Shown here: positions 44,505-52,645 of the stretch, in pieces
Numbering within the stretch: the stretch's first letter is position 1
Layout of the letters: each line of letters starts with the position of its first letter
From: a bacterium
GTDB lineage: Bacteria > Oederibacteriota > CAKKQC01
Length of the DNA stretch: 64,000 bases
Direction of reading: 5' to 3'
NCBI GenBank assembly: GCA_919901855.1
Contig: CAKKQC010000002.1
Coordinates: 40,296 to 104,295, forward strand
Notes under the pieces: model-generated
Databases searched by the model: none
Told to the model about the DNA's origin: nothing
Seen by the model: the letters and a program-made list of their open reading frames with translations, nothing else
Program-made: the position numbers and the translations under genes

Positions 44505-45551
44505 ATGGCCGCCACGATGCGGGCGGTGGTCCAGTTCGATCTCAAGCCGAAGTCCGTCGAGCTCCGCGACGTTCCGGTGCCGGAGCCGGGGGAGGGCGAG
44601 GCCCTCTTGCAGGTCAGCGCCGTCGCCATCTGCGGGAGCGACGTGCACCAGTATCACGCCACCCAGTCGTGGAAGGTGGCGGTGCCCGTGATCCTGGGCC
44701 ACGAGTTCTGCGGGAGGGTGGCCCGGATCGGCCGCAACGCCGCCGGATTCGCCGAGGGCGACCGGGTCGTGAGCGAGACCGCGGCCGTGATCGACGAGAC
44801 CTCGCCGCTCACACGGCAGGGGAAGTACAACCTCGATCCGGCGCGCAAAGGCTTCGGGTACGGCGTGGACGGCGCGATGGCGTCGTTCGTGAAGGTGCCC
44901 GTCCGGTGCCTGCACCGTATACCCGGGAACGTGCCCGACGAGATCGCGGCTATGGCCGAGCCGTGCTGTGTCGCCTACCAGGCTACGGTCGTGAACTCGC
45001 CCATCAAGCCCGGCGACGTCGTCGCCGTGCTCGGTCCCGGGCCGATCGGCCTGCTCTGTGCCGCCATAGCGCGCCTGCGTGGGGCCGGCGTCGTCCTGCT
45101 CGCGGGCGTGACCAAGGACCGGGCCCGGCTCGCCGCGGGCCTCACGCTCGGCGCGACGCACACGGTGGACGTCCAGACCGAGGACGGCAAGGAGCGTCTG
45201 GCGACACTGGGCGACGGGCTGGGTGCCGACGTCGTCATCGACGCCGCCGGCGTCTCGGCCGCGCTCCGGACCGCGCTCGACTGGGTCCGCCCCGGCGGCC
45301 ACATCACCAAGGTCGGCTGGGGCCGCGAGCCCCTCGCCTGCTCGCTCGATCCGCTGGTCCAGAAGGCGGTGACGCTCCAGGGCTCGTTCAGCCACACGTG
45401 GCCGGTCTGGGAATCCGTCCTCCGCCTGCTCTCGTCCGGCCAGCTCAACCCCAAGCCGCTCCTCGGTCGCGTCGCCCCTCTTGCCGATTGGCAGTCCTGC
45501 TTCGACGGCATGTCCGACGGCGCCCTCATCAAGGCGGTCCTGAAGCCGTAG
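44505..45551 (+). CDS. Zinc-dependent medium-chain alcohol/polyol dehydrogenase
   Basis: CGSDVH...GHEFCG (catalytic Zn) and GPGPIGL (NAD-binding). GTG 44496 is also in frame. Confidence 0.85.
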   Translation: MAATMRAVVQFDLKPKSVELRDVPVPEPGEGEALLQVSAVAICGSDVHQYHATQSWKVAVPVILGHEFCGRVARIGRNAAGFAEGDRVVSETAAVIDETSPLTRQGKYNLDPARKGFGYGVDGAMASFVKVPVRCLHRIPGNVPDEIAAMAEPCCVAYQATVVNSPIKPGDVVAVLGPGPIGLLCAAIARLRGAGVVLLAGVTKDRARLAAGLTLGATHTVDVQTEDGKERLATLGDGLGADVVIDAAGVSAALRTALDWVRPGGHITKVGWGREPLACSLDPLVQKAVTLQGSFSHTWPVWESVLRLLSSGQLNPKPLLGRVAPLADWQSCFDGMSDGALIKAVLKP

Positions 45552-45562
45552 CTCCGAAAGCA

Positions 45563-45585
45563 GGAGGGGCCCTTTCGGGCCCCCA
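45563..45585 (+). terminator. Stem-loop after the dehydrogenase gene
   Basis: GGGGCCC-tttc-GGGCCCC, 12 nt after the stop. No U-tract. Confidence 0.4.
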
Positions 45586-45657
45586 ATGGCGTTCGCCATC
45601 CGCCAGGAGATCGATAGCCAGGCTTAACGGTCATTTCAGCCTAACAGCGGGGAAATA

Positions 45658-45693
45658 CCTGAACGATATCTCCAGAAGCTGACGCGAAGTCCT
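45658..45693. repeat. Left ~35-bp imperfect direct repeat flanking the R-M cassette
   Basis: cctgaacgatatctccagaagctgacgcgaagtcct. Compare the right copy cccgaacgagctgt-cagaaactgacgcgaatccct at 48806-48840. Confidence 0.6.
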
Positions 45694-45794
45694 GGTAGGC
45701 ACGGGGTTAGCCTCCGGATTCCCGGGATCCCGACTCCAGCGGCCGAAGAGCGCCAGCACGAATCCGAAGATACGGAGGATGCCCCCACTTCCTG

Positions 45795-45800
45795 TACAAT
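45795..45800 (+). promoter_or_regulatory. Candidate -10 (TACAAT) for the R-M cassette operon
   Basis: cctgTACAATcatg, in an AT-richer stretch about 100 nt upstream of the small ORF and the MTase. Confidence 0.25.
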
Positions 45801-45896
45801 CATGTTGTCAATACTGGAGACGATGCGCCACGGTTGGCGTCGGGGCGATTGATCGTGGGGAAGTTGACCGGAGACAGGGGTCTCCAAGATAAGACT

Positions 45897-46052
45897 ATGC
45901 GGCTGGCGGGTAGCGATATTAGAGTCGAGACTCTTGATGACGTGTTGGTGAAGGCCGAGCGAATCTACGGCGAGGTTGAGAAGACGCTGAAGAAAGTGGC
46001 ACCCGAGTACTCGAGGCAGGCCCGCCGAGGGCGAAAGAAGGAGAAGAAATAG
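45897..46052 (+). CDS. Small Lys-rich ORF preceding the methyltransferase (possible regulatory/leader peptide)
   Basis: 51 aa from ATG 45897 (MRLAGSDIRVETLDDVLVKAERIYGEVEKTLKKVAPEYSRQARRGRKKEKK). Its 3' end contains the MTase RBS aaggagaag. Stop TAG overlaps the MTase GTG. Confidence 0.3.
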   Translation: MRLAGSDIRVETLDDVLVKAERIYGEVEKTLKKVAPEYSRQARRGRKKEKK

Positions 46053-47275
46053 TGTCCTTCTCCGTCTCTTCACCCGCGACCGTGATCGACCTCTTCTGTG
46101 GGGCGGGAGGGCTTTCGCTAGGACTGCGACATGCCGGTTGGAGAATTGTCCAGGCGATCGACAGCGATCGCTCTGCCGTTGAAACCTACCGGAACAACCT
46201 TGGTGATGACGTTGTCCAAGCGGAGATTAGCGCTAAAACCGTGCTGTGCGATTCCCTCCTGATTGCTGGTGGACCGCCGTGTCAGGGCTTTTCATCTGCG
46301 GGCCTGCGGAAGAACGGTGACGGCAGAAACAGCCTGGTCAAGGTATTCGCCACTCTGATCGCTCGATATCAACCGAGGGCGTTTCTGTTCGAGAACGTGG
46401 AGGGGTTCTTGACCGCCGAGGGAGGGGCGCGCATCGTTGATCTACTTGGAACGCTCTTGTCCGCTGGCTACAACATACATCTCCGGAAGATTAATGCGGC
46501 CAATTACGGAGTTCCCCAACATAGAAAGCGTGTGATTGCAATCGGTGGCCTCGGCTGGCAGCCGACATTTCCGGAACCGATCTGCCACGCTCGGGGCATG
46601 CCTGGGGCGTCGCGATCGTTCCGCCACCTCCCCCCGGGCCCGTCATTGGCCGAGGCGCTCAGGGGGTTACCAAAGCCAAGCAAAGAACCCCCAGGCGTAC
46701 CACAAGGCCATTTCGAAACTCCGCTGAGTAGCGTTGACGCCGACAGGATTTCACGCCTAGAGATTGGCCAGACAATGCGCGACTTGCCGGGCGCGCTACG
46801 ACATAAGAGCTACCAAAGGCGGGCGTACCGACGCGTCATGGACGGGACGCCGACGGACAAGCGCGGCGGTGCTCCGGCTGGACTTCGAAGGCTCCGTCCC
46901 GATGAACCGTGCAAAGCCATCACGGGAGCCGCCCGGAACGAATTCGTGCATCCTTTGAAAGACCGCTTCCTCACAATCCGCGAGTGTGCGCGGCTGCAAA
47001 CCTTCCCAGACGATTTTGAGTTCTTCGGCTCATCAACCGAGCAATCCACTCTGATCGGGAATGCCGTTCCTTCATTGTTGGCCGAGGTTGTTGGCGCTCA
47101 TCTACTGAAGGAATTGTTGGCGGAACCAGCAAGAGCCGACGGGGGAAAGCTCCTGAGTTTCATTCCAACAATGGCTGAAGGCATGAGTCCCATTCTGGCC
47201 AGGGTAACGCAGCAGGTTCATACCCTCTTTGGAGGCGCGTCCCCGAGTGACGTGCAGCTACCCCTGTGGGTCTGA
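46052..47275 (+). CDS. DNA (cytosine-5)-methyltransferase (Type II R-M modification subunit)
   Basis: Motif I DLFCGAGG, motif IV GGPPCQGFS, motif VI ENV, motif VIII QHRKR, C-terminal RECARLQTFPDDFEF...GNAVP. Confidence 0.9.
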   Translation: MSFSVSSPATVIDLFCGAGGLSLGLRHAGWRIVQAIDSDRSAVETYRNNLGDDVVQAEISAKTVLCDSLLIAGGPPCQGFSSAGLRKNGDGRNSLVKVFATLIARYQPRAFLFENVEGFLTAEGGARIVDLLGTLLSAGYNIHLRKINAANYGVPQHRKRVIAIGGLGWQPTFPEPICHARGMPGASRSFRHLPPGPSLAEALRGLPKPSKEPPGVPQGHFETPLSSVDADRISRLEIGQTMRDLPGALRHKSYQRRAYRRVMDGTPTDKRGGAPAGLRRLRPDEPCKAITGAARNEFVHPLKDRFLTIRECARLQTFPDDFEFFGSSTEQSTLIGNAVPSLLAEVVGAHLLKELLAEPARADGGKLLSFIPTMAEGMSPILARVTQQVHTLFGGASPSDVQLPLWV

Positions 47276-48324
47276 CGCTAACGGAACGGTCGGTGGTTGA
47301 GAAGGCCCGTTCTGGGGGTGGGGCTGACTTGGCCACCACGCTCGATGACGAGGTCTGTGCCTATCTGGTGTCCGTGATTGTCCATGACCTTGGTCTTGCC
47401 GCCAGGATTCCGGAGATGCGGGCCAAGCCAGGGCCCTTCTTCGCCTCGGATTCACCCGAGAAGCTACGACTAAAGGGAGTGGAGTTCTGGGCTGTTCTGG
47501 AACGGCTTGTTGCGGCCAAACGTGACGCGGTCACGTACTTCTCTTGCTTGGCAGCGCTCCATAAGAGCCGTCTGAAGTACGCCAGGATATTGCGGAGCCA
47601 GCCCATACCAACTATGGATCAAGTCGGCCCGAGGGGGCTTCTCCAATACGGCTCGATGAGCCCGCAGGCCTTGACAGGATTGCTGCTGTGGAGGAAGTGG
47701 TTGTACGACATCGACAACCGGGCTGCACAGGAAACCGGCTATCTTTTCGAACCGATCATCGCGCATTCAATAGGCGGTGCCCCGTTCAGTTCGAGTCAGA
47801 GTCCGATAAGGCGGCATGACGATCGCGGGAAGAGAAGGCAAGTGGACTGTGTCAGGGATAAGAGAGCCTATGAATTCAAGATGCGCGTAACGATCGCGGC
47901 ATCAGGACAAGGACGTTGGCGTGAGGAGATGGACTTTCCACTTGACTGCCGCAAGAGCGGCTTCAAACCCGTTCTGCTCGTTTTCGATGGAACGCGCAAT
48001 CCCAAGCTCACCGAGCTCACGAAAGCCTTCCTCAAGTGCGGGGGCGAAACACACGTGGGCGACCATGCATGGCAACACCTGGAGGATGAGGCGGGGGATG
48101 TGATGGCCAGGTTCCTCGACATCTATGTTCGAGGACCGATCCAAGCCCTCCTGAAGGAGGTGCCCGGAGATGTTCTTCCCGAACTTCGGTTGAAGATGAA
48201 CAAACACCGTCTTGTCGTTGCTGTTGGCGGTGAGAGTATGCAGGTCAAGAGGGCCTCGAGGAGATCAGTTGACACGGAGGACCCGATGCCCGTTGACGTT
48301 GGCGACGAATCCCCGGGAGTCTGA
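47266..48324 (+). CDS. Putative Type II restriction endonuclease (PD-(D/E)xK-like) cognate to the m5C MTase
   Basis: GTG 47266 overlaps the MTase stop by 10 nt. 352 aa with no recognisable family. Candidate PD...(D/E)xK: VDCVRD...EFK. Position and overlap are typical of R genes. Confidence 0.55.
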   Translation: MGLTLTERSVVEKARSGGGADLATTLDDEVCAYLVSVIVHDLGLAARIPEMRAKPGPFFASDSPEKLRLKGVEFWAVLERLVAAKRDAVTYFSCLAALHKSRLKYARILRSQPIPTMDQVGPRGLLQYGSMSPQALTGLLLWRKWLYDIDNRAAQETGYLFEPIIAHSIGGAPFSSSQSPIRRHDDRGKRRQVDCVRDKRAYEFKMRVTIAASGQGRWREEMDFPLDCRKSGFKPVLLVFDGTRNPKLTELTKAFLKCGGETHVGDHAWQHLEDEAGDVMARFLDIYVRGPIQALLKEVPGDVLPELRLKMNKHRLVVAVGGESMQVKRASRRSVDTEDPMPVDVGDESPGV

Positions 48325-48371
48325 GGAAGTCCTGTCCTGCGGAAGTCTGATTGATACCATTGGGGTGAACC

Positions 48372-48842
48372 ATGAAGAAGCCGAAAACTCTGGAGCCGAT
48401 CCATCCCGGGGAGATACTCCTGGAGGAGTTCATGAAGCCGATGGGGATCAGCATCAACCGGCTGGCCCGTGACCTTGCCGTCCCGCCGAACCGGGTGAGC
48501 GGTATCGTCAACGGGGCCCGGGCGATCACGGCGGACACCGCCCTGCGGCTCGGTAAGTACTTCGGAGTGTCGCCGGAGATGTGGCTCAGGCTTCAGGCGC
48601 AATATGAACTGCGAGTTGCGCGGCACACACACCCTCGGTTCAAAGAAGCCCATCGAGCTGCTTCGCGAGATGGGAGGGATCCTCAGGTCTTCGGGCATCA
48701 CGAAGCGGGCGGCGCTCAAGATGCTCGAAGCGGCCCGCGCCGACGTCTATCGGTAGGGTTGTCCTCGACGCGGTTGTTCTTGTCTCCGTTGCTTTCGGCG
48801 GCATTCCCGAACGAGCTGTCAGAAACTGACGCGAATCCCTAA
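48372..48842 (+). CDS. higA: HigA-like HTH (XRE-family) antitoxin/controller with C-terminal read-through extension
   Basis: IHPGEILLEEFMKPMGISINRLARDLAVPPNRVSGIVNGARAITADTALRLGKYFGVSPEMWLRLQAQYEL is the canonical HigA core (~90 aa). The ORF then runs 60 more aa through the cassette boundary into the porin remnant before the first stop. Confidence 0.65.
   Translation: MKKPKTLEPIHPGEILLEEFMKPMGISINRLARDLAVPPNRVSGIVNGARAITADTALRLGKYFGVSPEMWLRLQAQYELRVARHTHPRFKEAHRAASRDGRDPQVFGHHEAGGAQDARSGPRRRLSVGLSSTRLFLSPLLSAAFPNELSETDANP
48806..48840. repeat. Right ~35-bp imperfect direct repeat flanking the R-M cassette
   Basis: cccgaacgagctgtcagaaactgacgcgaatccct. It overlaps the stop-codon region of the porin-paralog remnant. 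Confidence 0.6.
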
Positions 48843-49020
48843 CCCGGCGTCGGCGACGGGGGCGGGGATATCCAGGGCCGGGATGGGGATGCCGTTGATC
48901 GTCCGGGGGCCGGACTTCAGCCCGAACCGGAACTCGCCGCCGGGGGCGCCGTAGCGGCCCGAGGATCATCCCGCCACTGAGCAGTTCGAACCGGGCGCGT
49001 GCCATCGCCATGCCGCCGGT
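48821..49020 (-). pseudogene. Decayed 3' fragment of an outer-membrane beta-barrel gene (paralog of the 53324 gene)
   Basis: Minus-strand translation ...YGAPGGEFRFGLKSGPRTINGIPIPALDIPAPVADAGLGIRVSF* is near-identical to the C-terminus of the 53324..54856 protein. About 118 bp are ~90% identical at DNA level to 53340-53460, then homology continues with deletions. No 5' part. Confidence 0.6.
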
Positions 49021-49082
49021 TGACTCGTGCAGGCGCCGCCGTTAGAATCCCCGATCATGAACGGGGGGCGCGAGGGGCTTTT

Positions 49083-51131
49083 GTGAGGGTGATTTCCGTG
49101 TGCTGCGTGGCCATCGTGGCCGTCACGGCGGGCGCCAAGGCGGCCCAGCCGGACGCCGCCGCCGGGAATCCGTGTGCGTCTTTCTCCCGCCGGTGCGCGG
49201 AAGCCGGGGAGCTGGTGCGACGGGGCAGGCGGGAGGAGGCCAGGCAGGCCTACCGCGAGGCGATGGCACAGGCGCGGGAGCACGCCTGTCCTCCGGGAGA
49301 GGGGGGATTCGACGGCATGGCGGTGGTGACCCTCTTCGCGGGCCCCGCCGATCCGCGTTCCGCCGCCGCCGCGTGCGACTTCGTGCTGCAAGCCCATCCC
49401 ACCGGCCAGATCCGGCTGGAGGCCCTCCTGACCAAGGCCGGGGCGCACCTGGCGCTCGGCGAGCGGGCGACCGCGGACGGGATATGCCGGGGTATCATCC
49501 GGGACCTCCCGGACGACGCGACCGCCGGACCGGTGTTGTGCCGCATCGGCACGGTGGTCGGTTTCAAGGAGGAGATCGCGAGCAAGTGCGAAGCGATCAT
49601 CGGGGAGTCCACCGACCACGTCGCCACGTATCGCGAACGCAACATGGTCGAGCTGATCCGGCGGTACGGCGACGGGGGGCGTGCGCCCATCAACCTCTAC
49701 ATTCCGACGGAATGGAGATCCATGACCCCGGCGGCCAGGCTGGCCGTCTACAACCGGATTCTGGCGCGTTATCCGGCCTGCCGGCTCGCGCCCTACATCC
49801 GGTTCCTGCGGGCGAGCCTGTACCACGCGAGCGCGAACGCCGTGAGCCCGGGTACGCAAGCCGGCGGAGCCGTCCGACGCGCGGCCCGTATGCGCCAGGC
49901 GGCGGTCAGGGACTACGAATGGCTGATGGGCGGGGGGGGGAGCGGGGCGAGGTTCCCGGCTTCCTGGCCGGGGGAGGATGGCCTGGTCGGTTACCGGATC
50001 GGCGGGTCGATCCAGGCGGTTGCCGTCTGCCGGATGGGCCAGCTTCACGCCGCCGTGGATCCCCTCAGGGCCCAGTCATACTTCGGGTGGGCCATGACGA
50101 AGGCCGTCGAGGGGGTCGACTGCCACGGGGATCCTTACGGCCTGCTGGCCAGGCTGGACTGTCTCGCGATGTGGCTTGGCGGCCCCGTGTCCCTGCTGCC
50201 TCCGCGGGCGGTCGAAACCATCGCGGTCGAAGTGCTCGAATGGAAGGGCTCCGGCGGCCGGTGGGAGGGCAAGACCCGGGCGATCGGGCTCAGGCGGCTG
50301 GCGGAGTTCCACTCCCGGACCGGCGAACGGCAGAGGGCGATGGACGAGTGGCGCGGCTTCTTCGGGCAGCCCGGGACGGGAACGCCGGACACGGTCAGGG
50401 AGTTCCTGGGCGACGCCGTGGGCGCGCGCGCGGCATGGGGGGAAAGCGCGAAGCTGACGGGGAAGACGTTCCCGGTGGAAACCCGGATGGCGGCTCACGC
50501 GGTGCGGTCGGACTACCTGATCGCCTCCGGGGCGGGCGTCAAGGCGGCCCTGCTGGAACTGAGGAGGATGGAGGCGATCGGCGGGGACGGCGGGCAGGCG
50601 CCAAAGGGGGGAGACGGGGCGTTCGTGGCGCGGGCCCGCCGACGGGCGCTCGTACTGGCTGCCTACCTGAGGCTGATCGGGGACCGGCCGGACCGGGGGC
50701 GGATCCAGCAGGCGTGTGCCGGGGGCAGGAACACCGCTCTCCTGGGCGTCCTGTTCGAACAGGCCAGGTGGTGCAGGTCCAACCTCGACTGGTGGAAGCG
50801 GAGCCTGGCCCGGGGCGGTCCTTTGCGCAAGCCGGGCGGTCCGGGACTGGTGACCCTGGTCGCGTGGCACTATCTGTCCGGCGGCGACTGCGACGACTTC
50901 CTGCTATTCCTGCTCGAGGCCTACCCGCAGCAGGTCGCGCCCGAGGTGGTGCGCCTTGTCCGTGCGGCGCGCGGCGACGCCGGGGTGCTGGCGGGCCGGC
51001 AGCTCGGACGGATGCTCCGGCACCGGCATCCCGATCTGCTGGACGAGCTGTTGGCGGGCGAACCGGGCGGCGGCAAGAGGCCCGGTCGCAAGGAGCCCGG
51101 GACCCGAATCCGGGCAGCGAAGAAGGGATGA
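49083..51131 (+). CDS. Hypothetical secreted protein (682 aa)
   Basis: GTG 49083 gives VRVISVCCVAIVAVTAGAKAAQPDAAAGNP (signal peptide). High-GC native composition with W/Y/C present. No domain recognised. The overlapping +2-frame 683-aa ORF (49100) is Arg-rich junk. Confidence 0.45.
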   Translation: MRVISVCCVAIVAVTAGAKAAQPDAAAGNPCASFSRRCAEAGELVRRGRREEARQAYREAMAQAREHACPPGEGGFDGMAVVTLFAGPADPRSAAAACDFVLQAHPTGQIRLEALLTKAGAHLALGERATADGICRGIIRDLPDDATAGPVLCRIGTVVGFKEEIASKCEAIIGESTDHVATYRERNMVELIRRYGDGGRAPINLYIPTEWRSMTPAARLAVYNRILARYPACRLAPYIRFLRASLYHASANAVSPGTQAGGAVRRAARMRQAAVRDYEWLMGGGGSGARFPASWPGEDGLVGYRIGGSIQAVAVCRMGQLHAAVDPLRAQSYFGWAMTKAVEGVDCHGDPYGLLARLDCLAMWLGGPVSLLPPRAVETIAVEVLEWKGSGGRWEGKTRAIGLRRLAEFHSRTGERQRAMDEWRGFFGQPGTGTPDTVREFLGDAVGARAAWGESAKLTGKTFPVETRMAAHAVRSDYLIASGAGVKAALLELRRMEAIGGDGGQAPKGGDGAFVARARRRALVLAAYLRLIGDRPDRGRIQQACAGGRNTALLGVLFEQARWCRSNLDWWKRSLARGGPLRKPGGPGLVTLVAWHYLSGGDCDDFLLFLLEAYPQQVAPEVVRLVRAARGDAGVLAGRQLGRMLRHRHPDLLDELLAGEPGGGKRPGRKEPGTRIRAAKKG

Positions 51132-51149
51132 AGGGGAAACGCCTGAAGT

Positions 51150-51660
51150 AATCGACGTCGGGGCTCGACAACGGGAAGGCCCAGGAACCCCTGGACACCA
51201 CGCCTTGCGCCCTTTCCACGAAGCGGACCCGGGAGAGGAGGCGCCGGTCGAAGTATCTGCCTCCCGCCTCCGGATAGAAGCGCAGGATGGCACCGTCGTC
51301 GGTCTTGAGGAGAAAGCCTTCGGGAATCGCCTCAATCGCCAGCGTCTGCGGGTATGGCGGGGGGTTGTTCTCGAAACGGTAGTTCCCGACGGCTGTCGTG
51401 ATCTCGTCCGTGTTGAGCGGCCCGTCAATGCAAACGATGCCGTCTTCGGCGAGGCTCGAGAGCAGAAGGCGGGTGAAGGCCTTGGTCACCGACCCGATCT
51501 CGAAGATCGGTCTTTCCCCAAGGGGAACCGGCGCCGATCCATACGTCCGGAAGAGTGTCGTGTCCCGCTGCTGAACCGCCACCACCAGCGCCGGGCACCA
51601 ACCGTCCCGAACGTACGGTTGCGCGATCGAGTCGAGTTCCGCGGCAGTCAGTTGGGCCAT
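51150..51660 (-). pseudogene. Serine-hydrolase (beta-lactamase family) remnant, internally deleted and running antisense into the neighbouring gene
   Basis: ATG 51660. ERPIFEIGSVTKAFT (S-x-x-K active-site motif), then immediately C-terminal-domain-like sequence (YRFENN...FYPEAGGRYFDRR). After about 170 aa the frame becomes Arg/Pro junk, antisense to the 49083 gene. Confidence 0.35.
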
Positions 51661-51736
51661 CCTGCCTCCTCCGCGGAACGCTTCCGATTGGGACGCATCA
51701 TATTCCTACGGTCCGGTGTCGAGGCCGCGGCGGGAA

Positions 51737-52645
51737 TCATCGCCAGGGACCTCCTGCGGGCCAGGTGACATCGAAGGCGTTCCGGCTCGAGGCAGCCTCA
51801 AGCACGGGAGGGAGGAAGAGCCGGAGGCTCTTGCCGACGGAAGCGAAGTCGGTCGGCACATCCGTGAGATCGCCCTTGGTGAGGTATGCCTTCCACTGCT
51901 GGACCTTCCCGGGCTCCTCATAGAACGCCGGGGTCAGCGAGTCCGGCACGGCGGAGGGGATCTGCGTCTGCCGGCTCTTGAACGTTGCGGCGACTGCCAG
52001 GACCAGACGTTGGCCCTCGAAGGAGAAGCTTCTTGACAGCGTCAGGAGATCGTAGAAGTCCTTCATGCGGCTGTTCGCCAGCCCCAGCGACACCATGGCA
52101 TGAAACTTCTCCGCCACGACGGACTCCCGTGAGTAAGCCAGGATTCGCGGCTCCGGACCGTCCAGCAGGACCGGGAACACGATCTCGGCGGCGGGAGGCA
52201 CGAGTGAGTCCCCGAATCCCACGTCCACTTGAAGCGTAACGCGGGCGGTTCCGAGCCGCGCGACGAGGAGCAACCGCACCCCGCCTTCATCGGTGGCGCC
52301 ACGGATGCTGTTCACCCGGATCGTATCCGGCTGAAACTCGAGGCCGTCGTCCGGAACCTGCACCGCGCAGATCTCGCGCACGACTCCGGCCACGTCAGCA
52401 GGATTGCCGGATCCCTGTCCGAGAAGGTCCAAGTCCCGGGTCGCCCGATAGGCCTGCCCGCTCCAGAACGCGAACAGCATCGCCCCCTTGAGGGTGAAGG
52501 CGTTCCTGAACCGGGATTCCCCGAGACGATACAGGAAGCGCTCGGCGGCGTACCGCTGGAGGAGCAGATTGAAGTCCATGTCCCGGTCGCGGGACAGTTG
52601 CAGGAGCCGGTCGTGAACGGAAGCGGGCAGATTGCGGGGGGTCAT
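51737..52645 (-). CDS. abiEii: AbiEii/AbiGii nucleotidyltransferase toxin (Type IV TA, DUF1814)
   Basis: 302 aa. RDLDLLG...VDVGFGD are AbiEii NTase-fold motifs. ATGA overlap with the abiEi stop. Confidence 0.85.
   Translation of the reverse strand: MTPRNLPASVHDRLLQLSRDRDMDFNLLLQRYAAERFLYRLGESRFRNAFTLKGAMLFAFWSGQAYRATRDLDLLGQGSGNPADVAGVVREICAVQVPDDGLEFQPDTIRVNSIRGATDEGGVRLLLVARLGTARVTLQVDVGFGDSLVPPAAEIVFPVLLDGPEPRILAYSRESVVAEKFHAMVSLGLANSRMKDFYDLLTLSRSFSFEGQRLVLAVAATFKSRQTQIPSAVPDSLTPAFYEEPGKVQQWKAYLTKGDLTDVPTDFASVGKSLRLFLPPVLEAASSRNAFDVTWPAGGPWR

Noticed and set aside
48950-49000. tRNA-like T-loop string (ggttcgaa) on the minus strand near 48970
   Set aside because: No acceptor stem, anticodon arm or D-arm can be folded. 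It lies inside the porin-remnant homology region.
48123-51151. ORFs 48123..48719(-), 48245..48538(-), 48640..49011(-), 48966..50048(-), 49100..51151(+), 50076..50870(-), and the Arg/Pro-rich C-terminal two-thirds of 50539..51660(-)
   Set aside because: Antisense to the REase/higA region, or Arg-rich frames overlapping the 49083 gene. Only the serine-hydrolase-like N-terminal part of 50539..51660 was kept, as a pseudogene.
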